Below, piece by piece: positions 1-9,328 of a DNA stretch of 64,000 nt. Numbering within the stretch: the stretch's first letter is position 1; the number at the start of each line of letters is the position of its first letter. This DNA comes from a virus (taxonomy: Duplodnaviria; Caudoviricetes), in the IMG/VR virus record IMGVR_UViG_3300033075_001508, positions 31,914-95,913 of that record; one strand, 5' to 3'. The notes beneath the pieces are model-generated. The model saw only the letters and a list, made by a program, of their open reading frames with translations, made no database searches and had not been told where the DNA came from. Position numbers and translations under genes: made by a program.

Positions 1-1
1 T

Positions 2-325
2 AAAACTCTTCGTTTTCCGGCTTTACCAACCATTGAAAGTAAACTGTCATTTCTTTTAGGTTTCTTCGATGGTGACGGCACCATATCCGGTAAACACGTA
101 TACTCCGCAGTCCTTACGTGTGCAAGCTACGATTTTCTTAACGATATAAAACGCACCTTCAGTATCGACTACCAAATTCGTACTCATGGTGCCACGACTC
201 ATCAATGGAGGCTAACTCTGGGCAGCCGGTTATACAGAGCCATGCTCGCTAACTTCGAGTACAGCTTACCTCGCAAGCGCCTCAACTACAAATACAACCT
301 ACCTTTATGGACAGAATGCGCCTGA
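2..325 (+). CDS. LAGLIDADG endonuclease, 5' truncated by the window edge
   Basis: Not in the ORF track. Frame 2 is open from base 2 to TGA at 323-325 and reads KTLRFPALPTIESKLSFLLGFFDGDGTI...YSLPRKR. FLLGFFDGDG is a LAGLIDADG motif. Confidence 0.8.
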   Translation, partial: KTLRFPALPTIESKLSFLLGFFDGDGTISGKHVYSAVLTCASYDFLNDIKRTFSIDYQIRTHGATTHQWRLTLGSRLYRAMLANFEYSLPRKRLNYKYNLPLWTECA

Positions 326-999
326 TAACCAACTTCGGGGATTATTACGATGCTTGGTTCGGCACGGACGGCCCCGAGTTTCGCAGGAGAAGCGACGAGG
401 GGCTATCCAAGCCGGACCAGTTTCGTCTCATGGCCGACGCCGGCTTTCGAACGCCGCCGCACGGTCTTTTTGGCGATATTGCGAATAGCTGGTGGGAAGA
501 AGAAGGTAGACGGGTCAGTTTCCTGGTGGTTTACGACGACCTTTTTGCTCATGCGGGCGAAGGGAAAAGACTCGTGCAGTCATGCTGGGCTCGCTGGGAC
601 GGATGTATCAACCGTATTCAACAATCGCGGGAGCGGAGCAGTATGTTCTGTTCGGCCTACGTTGGCAACGGATTCAACCCAAACCCATGCACATGGCGGC
701 TTCTCCAAGTGGGCCGGCACCGCTTCTGGATTGAATACAGGTCAAACGACCAGGACCAATGGCGCAGCAACTGCGGGGATGTGACTTGCGAGGTCTTGTC
801 GGTCGAACTTGACCATGGAGTGGTTACGCCCATCCCCTACCCTCTTTGGGCCATCGACTTCGCCATAGGCAAGGAACTGTACGCAATCGACTTCAACAAC
901 GCGCCGGGCATTCGGGGCTCGGGCGTGGAACGACACCTACCGCCAAAGCGCGCGGCCGAAGCTATTGAGGAGGCGTATGCTAGACTTGTTCAAGCCTAA
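307..999 (+). CDS. Hypothetical protein, possibly ATP-grasp-like
   Basis: C-terminal WAIDF...YAIDFNNAPG resembles the ATP-grasp D...ExN..PG motif. The true start may be 316. Confidence 0.5.
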   Translation: MDRMRLITNFGDYYDAWFGTDGPEFRRRSDEGLSKPDQFRLMADAGFRTPPHGLFGDIANSWWEEEGRRVSFLVVYDDLFAHAGEGKRLVQSCWARWDGCINRIQQSRERSSMFCSAYVGNGFNPNPCTWRLLQVGRHRFWIEYRSNDQDQWRSNCGDVTCEVLSVELDHGVVTPIPYPLWAIDFAIGKELYAIDFNNAPGIRGSGVERHLPPKRAAEAIEEAYARLVQA

Positions 1000-1534
1000 G
1001 TTGTCTTTTACCATCGGTTTGCCTCGCTCTGGCAAATCCACCTTCTGCGAACAATGGGTACAAAAGAGAGACGACAAGACTGTTAAAGGCACGATGGAGG
1101 CAATGGCATCCCGCGAGTACATCATCTGGAACCGAAATCCTCGGGTTATCGTTTCAGGCGACAGCTTCCGCCGAGCCCTTCACGGCCACTCTTACATAAA
1201 CAACGCCGAAGGAATGGTCTTCGCCAGTATGGATGTAGCCATCAAGGCTCTCCTGCTCAGCGGCCATGACGTAATTGTTGACGAGACCAGCACTACCAAG
1301 GGTACTATTCTTAGATACCTTCGCATCGACATCAACGCGGAACCCATCTGGATTGACACGCCGGCCGAGGTTTGCAAACAGCGAGCAATCGACACCAACA
1401 AACCGTATTTGCTCGGCCCCATCGACCGAATGGCCGCACAGCTTGCCGAGTTGAAAGCCGACTGGCCCAACAACTTCGAGCGGATGAAGCAATACCTGCT
1501 CGACCGCAAAGAAAACGACGTGGTAGCCCTCTGA
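977..1534 (+). CDS. P-loop kinase (AAA_33/polynucleotide kinase-like)
   Basis: Walker A GLPRSGKST, VSGDSFR and VIVDET motifs. GAGGAGG RBS precedes ATG 977. Confidence 0.8.
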   Translation: MLDLFKPKLSFTIGLPRSGKSTFCEQWVQKRDDKTVKGTMEAMASREYIIWNRNPRVIVSGDSFRRALHGHSYINNAEGMVFASMDVAIKALLLSGHDVIVDETSTTKGTILRYLRIDINAEPIWIDTPAEVCKQRAIDTNKPYLLGPIDRMAAQLAELKADWPNNFERMKQYLLDRKENDVVAL

Positions 1535-1980
1535 TGCTTCTCGACCTTCCCGACATCAGGCAGAGCAGCGACTTCGATTGCGGCGCTGCCACAACCAACT
1601 GCGTGTTCACATACCTGGGTTACAACAAACCGCGTAAGTTCTTCCTGCAAATGCTCGGCACCAACGAGATGAACGGGACGGACCCACGCACGCTTGAGGC
1701 GCAGATTCGCAGGGAAGGCTACAAGGTTTTGTCCGGTGACATGGCGATTGAGGACCTCCGGAGCCAAGCCAACCAGGGTCGGCCGGTAATCCTCCTGGTC
1801 ACCCTGCATGGCGGCGGACACTACATCACCAGCCGTGGCGTTCAGCGAGGACGAGTCCATTACCAGGACCCGAGTTGTGGTCCACAAAGCATGAAGGTCA
1901 ACGAGTTCAAGGAAAGATGGAACGACTACGACAGATTTGGGATTACCTACGCGAATTTTGGAATCGCTGTCTGGAACTAG
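1534..1980 (+). CDS. Stand-alone C39-like cysteine peptidase
   Basis: RQSSDFDCGAA (Q and catalytic C), GHY and YQDP motifs. TGATG overlap with the upstream stop. Confidence 0.85.
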   Translation: MLLDLPDIRQSSDFDCGAATTNCVFTYLGYNKPRKFFLQMLGTNEMNGTDPRTLEAQIRREGYKVLSGDMAIEDLRSQANQGRPVILLVTLHGGGHYITSRGVQRGRVHYQDPSCGPQSMKVNEFKERWNDYDRFGITYANFGIAVWN

Positions 1981-1997
1981 CCAGGACGATTGTAGGT

Positions 1998-2198
1998 ATG
2001 CTTCAGAATGCGGACTGGGAGACCATCAACGGTTTCCTGGAGAATCCTCTTGAGTCGCTTCGATGGGGCCTTTACTGGCTAGCCATTCGGCTGAAGTTTC
2101 GGCGTGAGTACAACGAGACCCACGGGATGGTTCCAACCCATCTGGACCGGCTCTTCAAAGTCGTGGAAACAGCGGGATACAGGTACAAGCCAGAATGA
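1998..2198 (+). CDS. Small hypothetical protein
   Basis: Fills the gap between genes; its stop overlaps the next ATG. Confidence 0.55.
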   Translation: MLQNADWETINGFLENPLESLRWGLYWLAIRLKFRREYNETHGMVPTHLDRLFKVVETAGYRYKPE

Positions 2199-2677
2199 TG
2201 GCCGAATTGCCACTTCAGAACACTTATCAAAAAGCTTTGGTTGATGAGGATATCCTTGAACGATTAAGGATATACAAGTGGTATCTGAACAAGGTCACCG
2301 GATACGTGTATGGGTACTTCGGCAATCAAAAGCAAAAGAAGGTGTATTTGCACAGATTCATCCTGGGTCTGCCGGACCGGACTCCAGCTGTTGACCACGC
2401 TGACGGAAATCCTCTAAATTGCACGCGAGATAACCTTCGAGTCTGCACAATAAGACAAAACGCCGGGAACCAGCGTAAGAGGGAAAATGTGTCGGTGACT
2501 TCCAAGTTTAAGGGGGTCTCCTGGGAAAAACGGGTCTCCAAATGGCGAGCCACGATTTTCAAGAACTATAAGCAGATACATATTGGCACATTCGAGTCCG
2601 AGGAAGATGCGGCGAAAGCGTACAACGCTAAAGCCATAGAGGTTTTTGGCGAATTTGCGAGGCTAAACAATGTCTAA
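2195..2677 (+). CDS. HNH homing endonuclease with AP2 domain
   Basis: LHRFI...VDHADGNPLNCTRDNLR (HNH), then SKFKGVSW...IGTFESEEDAAKAYN (AP2). Confidence 0.92.
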   Translation: MMAELPLQNTYQKALVDEDILERLRIYKWYLNKVTGYVYGYFGNQKQKKVYLHRFILGLPDRTPAVDHADGNPLNCTRDNLRVCTIRQNAGNQRKRENVSVTSKFKGVSWEKRVSKWRATIFKNYKQIHIGTFESEEDAAKAYNAKAIEVFGEFARLNNV

Positions 2678-4700
2678 CCCGGTAGCGTCCATTGTTCGTG
2701 CGGCGGTCAGGAAAAAGGGTGAACCTCTTAATATCATCAGTTTTCCTACTCACGAAAGATACCAGAGTGGTTTAGCGAAATGTAACGCCAACTTTTATTT
2801 GCTTCGCGCTGCTGGAATCAAGGATTGGACAACAAAATACGCCCCGCTTCCCGACAACCATATTCTTCTCGACCCCAACAAGGGCGACAAACAACTTCCC
2901 TTGGAAGTCGACTTCGACCTGGTCCTCAGCCAGAACAAGTTCGGCCAATTCCAGTGGGCGCAGGAGTTGTCCAGACGCTACCACCTGCCGCTCGTTTCGC
3001 TGGAACACACGCTTCCTGTTCCGCAATGGGGCAGAAAACGACGAGAAGCTCTCCTGCAAATGCGGGGGCACATCAATGTATTCATCTCGGAGTTTAGCAG
3101 GAAAGAGTGGGGATTCAACGACCAGGACGCTTTGATTGTTCATCATGGGGTTGACACCGACCTGTTTAGCCCTAATGATTTGGTAGTAGACAAGAAACAA
3201 CATGTCTTGTCGGTTGTAAACGATTGGGCTAACAGAGACTGGTGTATGCCTGCCGGACAAAAAATCCTCACAACTCGCGGATACGTTCCTGTCGAGAAAT
3301 TGAAGGTGGGAATGGAGGTATTAACCGACGACGGTACGCCGCACCCCATCACTAAGACATTCGTCCGAGACTATTTTGGCGACATGGTTGTTGTGCGACT
3401 TGACCAAGATACAGAGCTTAGGTTCACTCCTACACATGCTATTCGAGTGCTTCGCGATGGTCAATGGAAGTATGTTGAGGCCAGTCGAGTACGGGCTGGT
3501 GACACCCTCAGATTTCCCGAACATCGGCAAACCGACTTTTCATTTAACGATGAAGAATATGCCTGGTTAATTGGCCTAATTGTTGGTGACGGGTCCGTAA
3601 ACGAATCGGGAAGCCTTTCTATTGCGTTTCACACTGACGAGAGGGAGCGTGCAGAGAAAGCTCTATCTGTTCTGAATAGATGGATTGGAAACGGCAACAT
3701 TTCGGAACGTTATCGGTCGCGGGGCCAAAACGCGATAACCGTTGATGCGACAGCAAGAGTCTTTTGCGAATGGCTTAGACCGCATATCGGAGGAAAGTCC
3801 GCAGAGAAACGACTGCCTGACTTCATCATGAGGGGAAGCTTGCCTGTGCGGCTTGCGGCACTTCGCGGCCTATGGGCTGCGGATGGGTCATTCAAGAATG
3901 GAAAAGGGCATTCGCCGAGAGGATGCTTTTCGACTATCTCTCCATGTCTCGCCGCTCAAGTCAGCGAGCTTCTTATGTCGTTCGGCGCAAAATGCTCGGT
4001 CAGACGTTTTAAGCGGACTACCAATAAATCAAATGGTCAGGTAGTGCCGATATACCGAGTCGTCGCCTACGGTAAGGATAACGTAGAAAGATGTAGGCGT
4101 ATAATTGAATCCGCTCGTTGGGACGAACTCCACTGCGCATTTCGGCCGGTCGTTCAAGACGTTCGCGTTGAAGAAGAATGGGCCGGCAAGGTGTACAACT
4201 GCGAGGTGGCTGATGACCATTCGTATGTTGTAGCTCCAGGTTTTGTGGCTCATAATTGCTGCGGATTCTCTTTGTGGCGAGAAGCAGCCAAAGGGCTTCC
4301 AGTGTTCGTGGTGGGCGACACACCAGGCTTATCCAAGCCGGCCGCGTCCATTCCCGAGCTTGTTATGCGGTATCGCGAGGCCCAGGTCTTCATCAACACC
4401 AGCCTTATCAGCCCCGTCCCAACCGCTCTACTTGAAGCGATGTCTTGTGGGTGCCCGGTGGTATCGACCGCAACGTGCATGATTCCCGAGGTCATCCAAC
4501 ATGGCGTAAATGGGTTCATGTCGAACGACCCCAGAGAGCTTGGAGAATACTGCCGGATTCTGCTGGCCGACGAGAAGCTTCGCGAGCAGATGGGTGCGGC
4601 GGCAAGACAAACCATCCTCGACCGGTTCTCGATGGGCAAGTTCGTGGCCAACTGGAATCGCGTTTTCGAGCAAGCGGCAAACATCGTTTTTACAGGATAG
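2670..4700 (+). CDS. GT-B (GT4-like) glycosyltransferase containing an intein
   Basis: IVHHGVDTDLF and PTALLEAMSCGCPVVST...PEVIQHGVNG GT4 motifs, interrupted by an intein. Confidence 0.9.
   Translation: MSNPVASIVRAAVRKKGEPLNIISFPTHERYQSGLAKCNANFYLLRAAGIKDWTTKYAPLPDNHILLDPNKGDKQLPLEVDFDLVLSQNKFGQFQWAQELSRRYHLPLVSLEHTLPVPQWGRKRREALLQMRGHINVFISEFSRKEWGFNDQDALIVHHGVDTDLFSPNDLVVDKKQHVLSVVNDWANRDWCMPAGQKILTTRGYVPVEKLKVGMEVLTDDGTPHPITKTFVRDYFGDMVVVRLDQDTELRFTPTHAIRVLRDGQWKYVEASRVRAGDTLRFPEHRQTDFSFNDEEYAWLIGLIVGDGSVNESGSLSIAFHTDERERAEKALSVLNRWIGNGNISERYRSRGQNAITVDATARVFCEWLRPHIGGKSAEKRLPDFIMRGSLPVRLAALRGLWAADGSFKNGKGHSPRGCFSTISPCLAAQVSELLMSFGAKCSVRRFKRTTNKSNGQVVPIYRVVAYGKDNVERCRRIIESARWDELHCAFRPVVQDVRVEEEWAGKVYNCEVADDHSYVVAPGFVAHNCCGFSLWREAAKGLPVFVVGDTPGLSKPAASIPELVMRYREAQVFINTSLISPVPTALLEAMSCGCPVVSTATCMIPEVIQHGVNGFMSNDPRELGEYCRILLADEKLREQMGAAARQTILDRFSMGKFVANWNRVFEQAANIVFTG
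3243..4256 (+). mobile_element. 338-aa intein with LAGLIDADG homing endonuclease
   Basis: Block A CMPAGQKILT, block B FTPTH, LAGLIDADG motifs LIGLIVGDG and LRGLWAADG, block F VYNCEV, terminal HN followed by extein Cys. Confidence 0.93.
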
Positions 4701-4702
4701 TC

Positions 4703-5170
4703 ATGAAAATCAACCTCCTCATCAATAACCACGGCGACGTTCGTTCGGGCTACATCAATCTCGACCCGGCCGCTCCGCAGGATTCGCCGGATGGTCGTTT
4801 GCCGGCCGACCTGTCCAATCTGGGCCAGTTCGTTGAAGCGAACGAAGCAACCGAGATTGTGGCTCATGACATTCTCGACGCTTTCCCGGGCGATAAGGTA
4901 GACGAAGCGTTGGATAACTGGGTGAGCAAGCTGGCGCATGGAGGCCGGCTGGTTTTGTCCGTGATTGACTTTCGTGAAGTCAGCCGCTCGTACCTGTCTC
5001 ACATTCTCACCATCGACAAGGTCAACCTTCTTATTCACGGCGAGGGACATCGCCGAAACTGCTCATTGACCCTGGAACAACTTGTGGATGTTCTGAAAAA
5101 CAAGGGCCTCAAGATTCTCATTCGTCGCGTGGAGAACTTCCGTGCAGTAGTCGTAGCAGAGAGACCATAA
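4703..5170 (+). CDS. Class I SAM methyltransferase-like protein (degenerate motif I)
   Basis: GYINLD...EIVAHDILD...W.SKLAHGGRLVLSVIDF pattern; the GxG motif is not intact. Confidence 0.55.
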   Translation: MKINLLINNHGDVRSGYINLDPAAPQDSPDGRLPADLSNLGQFVEANEATEIVAHDILDAFPGDKVDEALDNWVSKLAHGGRLVLSVIDFREVSRSYLSHILTIDKVNLLIHGEGHRRNCSLTLEQLVDVLKNKGLKILIRRVENFRAVVVAERP

Positions 5171-6135
5171 TGGACAATTTTATTTCCGCAGAACAAATGG
5201 AGCTAGCGGCCGAGTCGCTCAAACAAGACCCCTCGGCACAAGCAAACGACGACAATCTAATCGCGAAAGTGCATACCGCCTGCCGCACCTGCGTGTTTGC
5301 CCAGTACGAAGGCTTGACCCAGACCGGCTGCAAAGTCGGTCGAATCGACCAGTACAAAGAGCAAGATGGCGAAGCTGTTGTGGAAGCCTACACGCTCGAC
5401 GGCGGCAAAGAGGTCGAGTTTTACGTCGTCAACGGCCGGCTCTGCAACCTCTTTCGAGACCGCGCCAGCCATTGGGCGAGCGAACACAAGGACAACCACG
5501 AGAAGCAAGCCCGCAAAGAAGTCCGTCTCAAGATGGCGTTTCTGGTCTACCTTGGCGAGGGCCTCACGGTTGAATCTCTGAAAGAAACCGCGAAGAGCAT
5601 CAAGGCCCAGGCTATCCTTCCTCATCTCGTCCTGTTCATCAACAACCAGTCCACCGTAAAGCCCGGGGAAATCAACGTCGCGCTTTGGCAGACGCTCGGC
5701 AATGCCGTGACCTGGAGAATCAACGCGGTGGTTGAACGAGGCGAGAACGGCGCAAGAGTGAGCAGGGAAAGGGCATTGGACATCGCAGCTTTCAGCCTCC
5801 CGAATCCGGCAGTCTCGAAAACGGCCTGTGCGACTTGCTACGCGGTTTTCTATCCAGGCTTCGTCGTTCCGCGAGATTTCATTTCTAGCATCGACCAGGC
5901 CGTCAACGGCAACCTTGACCGGTTCCGCCTGCTGACTCCCCTGGAAGACGGTAACGCTCTTGTCTGCCAGATTTGGATGCACCAACATCCGATGATTGGC
6001 GGGTACGACAACTGGTACGGCCCCAACGGCGAAGTCATCAGCGACTTGGTCGAAAAGGTCAAGGCCTTGAGCGAAGCCCACAACACCCCACACCTCTACA
6101 GGAGCGTCAAGGACGTATGTCCGTCCCTCTCGTAA
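5170..6135 (+). CDS. Hypothetical protein in the glycosylation cluster
   Basis: 321-aa ORF coupled to both neighbours. N-terminal CxxC; the C-terminal half loosely resembles a GT-A fold. Confidence 0.6.
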   Translation: MDNFISAEQMELAAESLKQDPSAQANDDNLIAKVHTACRTCVFAQYEGLTQTGCKVGRIDQYKEQDGEAVVEAYTLDGGKEVEFYVVNGRLCNLFRDRASHWASEHKDNHEKQARKEVRLKMAFLVYLGEGLTVESLKETAKSIKAQAILPHLVLFINNQSTVKPGEINVALWQTLGNAVTWRINAVVERGENGARVSRERALDIAAFSLPNPAVSKTACATCYAVFYPGFVVPRDFISSIDQAVNGNLDRFRLLTPLEDGNALVCQIWMHQHPMIGGYDNWYGPNGEVISDLVEKVKALSEAHNTPHLYRSVKDVCPSLS

Positions 6136-6884
6136 CCGCAGTCATTCCCTGCCATAATCACCGGCTCTGGGTGAACGACGCCGTCGACTCCATTGCTCGC
6201 CAAGACTATCCGGCAAAGCGAATCGTTGTCGTGGACGACGGCTCCAAGGACGACTCGTTTGATGTGGTGGCCCGCCGACTATACAAGCCCCGCCCCCTTG
6301 GGAACGACGGCAGGGGCGTGGTCGGCAAACTGCTCAACACCATGGTCGACATCATGGTTATTCGGCACGAGGTGGCGAAAGGGCCAAGTGCAGCCCGCAA
6401 CTTCGGTATGCGGGCCGGCTGGGAAAACACGTCCGTCTTTGCCTTCCTGGATTCCGACGACCTGTATGAGCCGGGCAAGATTTCCAGGTCGATGACAAAG
6501 TTCGTGGATGCCCCAGACCATATCGGCGTTGTCTACTCGGACTTCGACACGCTCAACCCTTCCGGACTTCGCATCCGCCAATACAAGCCCGGGTTCAGCC
6601 GGGAACTGCTCCTACGTGAGTGCATCGTCAATTGCGACTCGCTCGTGAGCAGGAAAGCTATCGAGGCGGTCGGCGGGTTCGATGAAGAGCTTCGCGTGGC
6701 CGAAGACTACGACCTCTGGCTGAGGATATCGGAAAAGTTCGTTATCTCCCATCTTGCTGAACCGCTCGTCGTGGTTCGAGTTGGTGAACATAGCAGCACA
6801 TCCACCGTCGCCAAAAAGACATGGGAAGCATGCTGGGCGCGCGTGATGCAAAAGGTGCGCGAACGCGCAACGGTCGGACAGTGA
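6117..6884 (+). CDS. GT2 family glycosyltransferase
   Basis: VTAVIPCHN, VVDDGSKD, GPSAARN, FLDSDD and AEDYDLWLR motifs. Confidence 0.93.
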   Translation: MSVPLVTAVIPCHNHRLWVNDAVDSIARQDYPAKRIVVVDDGSKDDSFDVVARRLYKPRPLGNDGRGVVGKLLNTMVDIMVIRHEVAKGPSAARNFGMRAGWENTSVFAFLDSDDLYEPGKISRSMTKFVDAPDHIGVVYSDFDTLNPSGLRIRQYKPGFSRELLLRECIVNCDSLVSRKAIEAVGGFDEELRVAEDYDLWLRISEKFVISHLAEPLVVVRVGEHSSTSTVAKKTWEACWARVMQKVRERATVGQ

Positions 6885-7564
6885 ACCTATCGGTCGTAAT
6901 ACCAGCAGCAGGCCTAGGTCGTAGGATGCGTTCTTACGGCCCTAAATCTCTTTTGAAGGTCGGCAAAGAGCGACTTATCGTCCGTCAACTTCGCATCCTC
7001 AGAGAAGTCTTTCCTGGGTGCGAGGTCGTGGTCGTCCTCGGCTTTGAGGCGGACCGGATTCGGAAGTATTTGCCGTCCTGGGTTCGGGTGGTGTTCAACG
7101 ACGAATATGAGACCACCAACGTAGCCAGGAGTATCGCTATCGGCCTAAAGAGTTGCCGGCACGAACGCGTTCTCGTGGTATATGGCGACCTGGCGTTCGA
7201 CTGCGAAGCCCTAGCCCCTTTCAAAGAGCGGACACGCTCCTGCGTGCTGGTAGATACCCTTGGCTTGATTCGTGACGGCGAAGTTGGGGTGAACGTCGTG
7301 GAAGACCGCGCCCTTTACTTCTCGTACGGTCTCGACGCCAAGTGGGCGCAGCTAGCACTTCTAACCGGCCGCGAAAAACACCTCTTTCAAAAGCTGGCGT
7401 TCGAGTCAGACAAATCTCGCTTCTTCGGTTACGAAATCCTCAACCTGCTACTCGAAGACGACGGCACCAGTCTTGATGCCATCTCTCCTGCCAAAATGGC
7501 AGTCGCCGAAGTTGATTGCACACGCGACCTGGAAAACGCCACCAGCCTATTGACTTCCTGCTAA
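6881..7564 (+). CDS. NTP transferase (LicC/sugar-phosphate nucleotidyltransferase-like)
   Basis: IPAAGLGRRM..GPKSLL, FNDEYETTN, YGDL and EVD..RDL motifs. GTGA overlap start. Confidence 0.85.
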   Translation: MNLSVVIPAAGLGRRMRSYGPKSLLKVGKERLIVRQLRILREVFPGCEVVVVLGFEADRIRKYLPSWVRVVFNDEYETTNVARSIAIGLKSCRHERVLVVYGDLAFDCEALAPFKERTRSCVLVDTLGLIRDGEVGVNVVEDRALYFSYGLDAKWAQLALLTGREKHLFQKLAFESDKSRFFGYEILNLLLEDDGTSLDAISPAKMAVAEVDCTRDLENATSLLTSC

Positions 7565-7612
7565 TCTCGATTAAAGTACGACCAACACTAATTCATAGGA
7601 CCAGGCTATCAA

Positions 7613-8668
7613 ATGAAGGTCATGTGCGTTTACACCCCTGCTGGACCAAGCTATGTGCGTTCCGGCTGGGGGCGAGTTTTTGCCGCGTGCGGTCACAAGT
7701 TTGTTTTCTGGAGGCCCGAAGTCAAGTCGGCGTTCGACGCCTTCAGCGAGCAGGAACCGGACCTTTTCATTGGGACAACGTACGACCTGGACCGAGCGGT
7801 CGCCAAGTGCATCGCCGCGCGTCCGCACATGAAGGTCGCCCTGTTCGGTTCGGCCTGGGGTCCGTACCTGAACGACATCGACCTGCAACGCTATCCCCTG
7901 GTGGTCACCAGTGAGCAGGAAAAGCGTGCAATCGAGCTTCTGAAGAAAGAGACCGGCAAGCCCGACTTGGTCTTCATTCACGCCCATGACCGCTGGCTCG
8001 AAGGAACCATGAGCGGCTGGGGCTCCATTGGAGTCAAGTACGCCGGCATCCTCAACGCGGCCGACACGTTCGTTTACCTCAATGGGCGGCACCGTCCCGA
8101 GCTTGCGTGCGACGTGGCGTTTGTGGGCGGGTACTGGGGCTACAAGGCTCGCAACCTCAACACGCACATGCTGCCGCTCTGCGAGGCCGGGCGTGGACTC
8201 AGAGTGAAAATCTTCGGGAACCAACATTGGCTGGTGGCTCAATACCTCGGCGGGATTGACGACGCGGACGTGAAGGACTTGTTTGTTTCCGCTACCGTTT
8301 GCCCGAACGTAAGCGAACCTCACAGTACGGACAAGGGGCTCGGCTGGGACATCATCGAACGCCCATTCAAAATTGCATCGTCGGGAGGCTTCTGCGTCAG
8401 CGACTACGTCGAGGAAGCGCGAGACCTGTTCGATGAGAACGAACTACCAATGGCGGACACGCCCAGTCGGTTCCATGAACTTGTAAGGTTCTTTGTCGAC
8501 AATCCCGGGTCGCGCGACAACAAGAGGGAGAGGTTTCGTCGAAAGGTCCTGACGGACCACACCTACTTCGAGCGCGTTGCGGACATGCTGGATGCGTTGG
8601 GAATGACGAAGGAAGTGGCGAGAGTGTTGCAGGTGAAGGGTGAGTATTTGAAAGGACAGTTAATTTAG
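7613..8668 (+). CDS. GT-B glycosyltransferase (CgeB/Glyco_trans_1_2-like)
   Basis: DVAFVG, IFG..W, ERPFKIASSGGF.VSD and HTYFER motifs. Confidence 0.8.
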   Translation: MKVMCVYTPAGPSYVRSGWGRVFAACGHKFVFWRPEVKSAFDAFSEQEPDLFIGTTYDLDRAVAKCIAARPHMKVALFGSAWGPYLNDIDLQRYPLVVTSEQEKRAIELLKKETGKPDLVFIHAHDRWLEGTMSGWGSIGVKYAGILNAADTFVYLNGRHRPELACDVAFVGGYWGYKARNLNTHMLPLCEAGRGLRVKIFGNQHWLVAQYLGGIDDADVKDLFVSATVCPNVSEPHSTDKGLGWDIIERPFKIASSGGFCVSDYVEEARDLFDENELPMADTPSRFHELVRFFVDNPGSRDNKRERFRRKVLTDHTYFERVADMLDALGMTKEVARVLQVKGEYLKGQLI

Positions 8669-8670
8669 TT

Positions 8671-8695
8671 TGTTATTGGCTACCCCATAACATTT
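8671..8695 (+). terminator. Weak hairpin/possible terminator
   Basis: TGTTAT(T)GG-CTACC-CCATAACA followed by TTT, just after the GT stop. Confidence 0.3.
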
Positions 8696-8770
8696 CAAGA
8701 GTCGGCTTTTGTATTTGGTGCCGTTCTCGCTAATTGAGCGCTAAATAAGCGTTCTTACACGACACCATAT

Positions 8771-9328
8771 ATGTCTCACGATGTATTCGAGGCGCGTTAT
8801 CACGCCAAAAGAAACGCTGGTATTTCTGCCAAACGGAAGGATGGTAGTTACTGCTCTGCTGAAACAGATAAGCAAGCTGGACATGCAGAGCTATTTGCAG
8901 CAAATGAGTTAGGAGGTGTTGCGAACACCTCGGTTACCGTCACTGGCGACGGTGGATACGATTTCTCTGTTGATGTCATCACATCAAACGGTAGCATAAC
9001 CAAAATGGGCGTAGAAGTGGTGTGGAACGGATTCGCTCCGGGAAAAGACAGGGCACCTCGCGTGGGAGGGACCTTAATCATCAACCCGTTCGAGTTTGAA
9101 CAGCGTTATGGTAATAGTAGCTTGTTCATCTTGGTTGGTGGAACAATTGAATACGGTTTCTCGTTCTTGGGATGGGCAACCATTAAGGACCTAACTAAGA
9201 GACCAACACGGGATTTTGGTTACGGTCCAAGATATTGGGTTCCTGCTAACGAATTACGGCAGATAAACACACTGAAACGCCTTATTGTCAGTTCAAGCGA
9301 AAAGGACGGCGATGGCAAGGCCGCTTAA
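8771..9328 (+). CDS. Hypothetical protein, possible PD-(D/E)XK nuclease
   Basis: G.AE...GDGGYDF...VEV pattern; AT-richer block next to an HNH gene. Confidence 0.45.
   Translation: MSHDVFEARYHAKRNAGISAKRKDGSYCSAETDKQAGHAELFAANELGGVANTSVTVTGDGGYDFSVDVITSNGSITKMGVEVVWNGFAPGKDRAPRVGGTLIINPFEFEQRYGNSSLFILVGGTIEYGFSFLGWATIKDLTKRPTRDFGYGPRYWVPANELRQINTLKRLIVSSSEKDGDGKAA

Noticed and set aside
4250-8323. Long - strand ORFs opposite the glycosylation genes
   Set aside because: Shadow ORFs; the + strand genes have clear motifs and coupled junctions.
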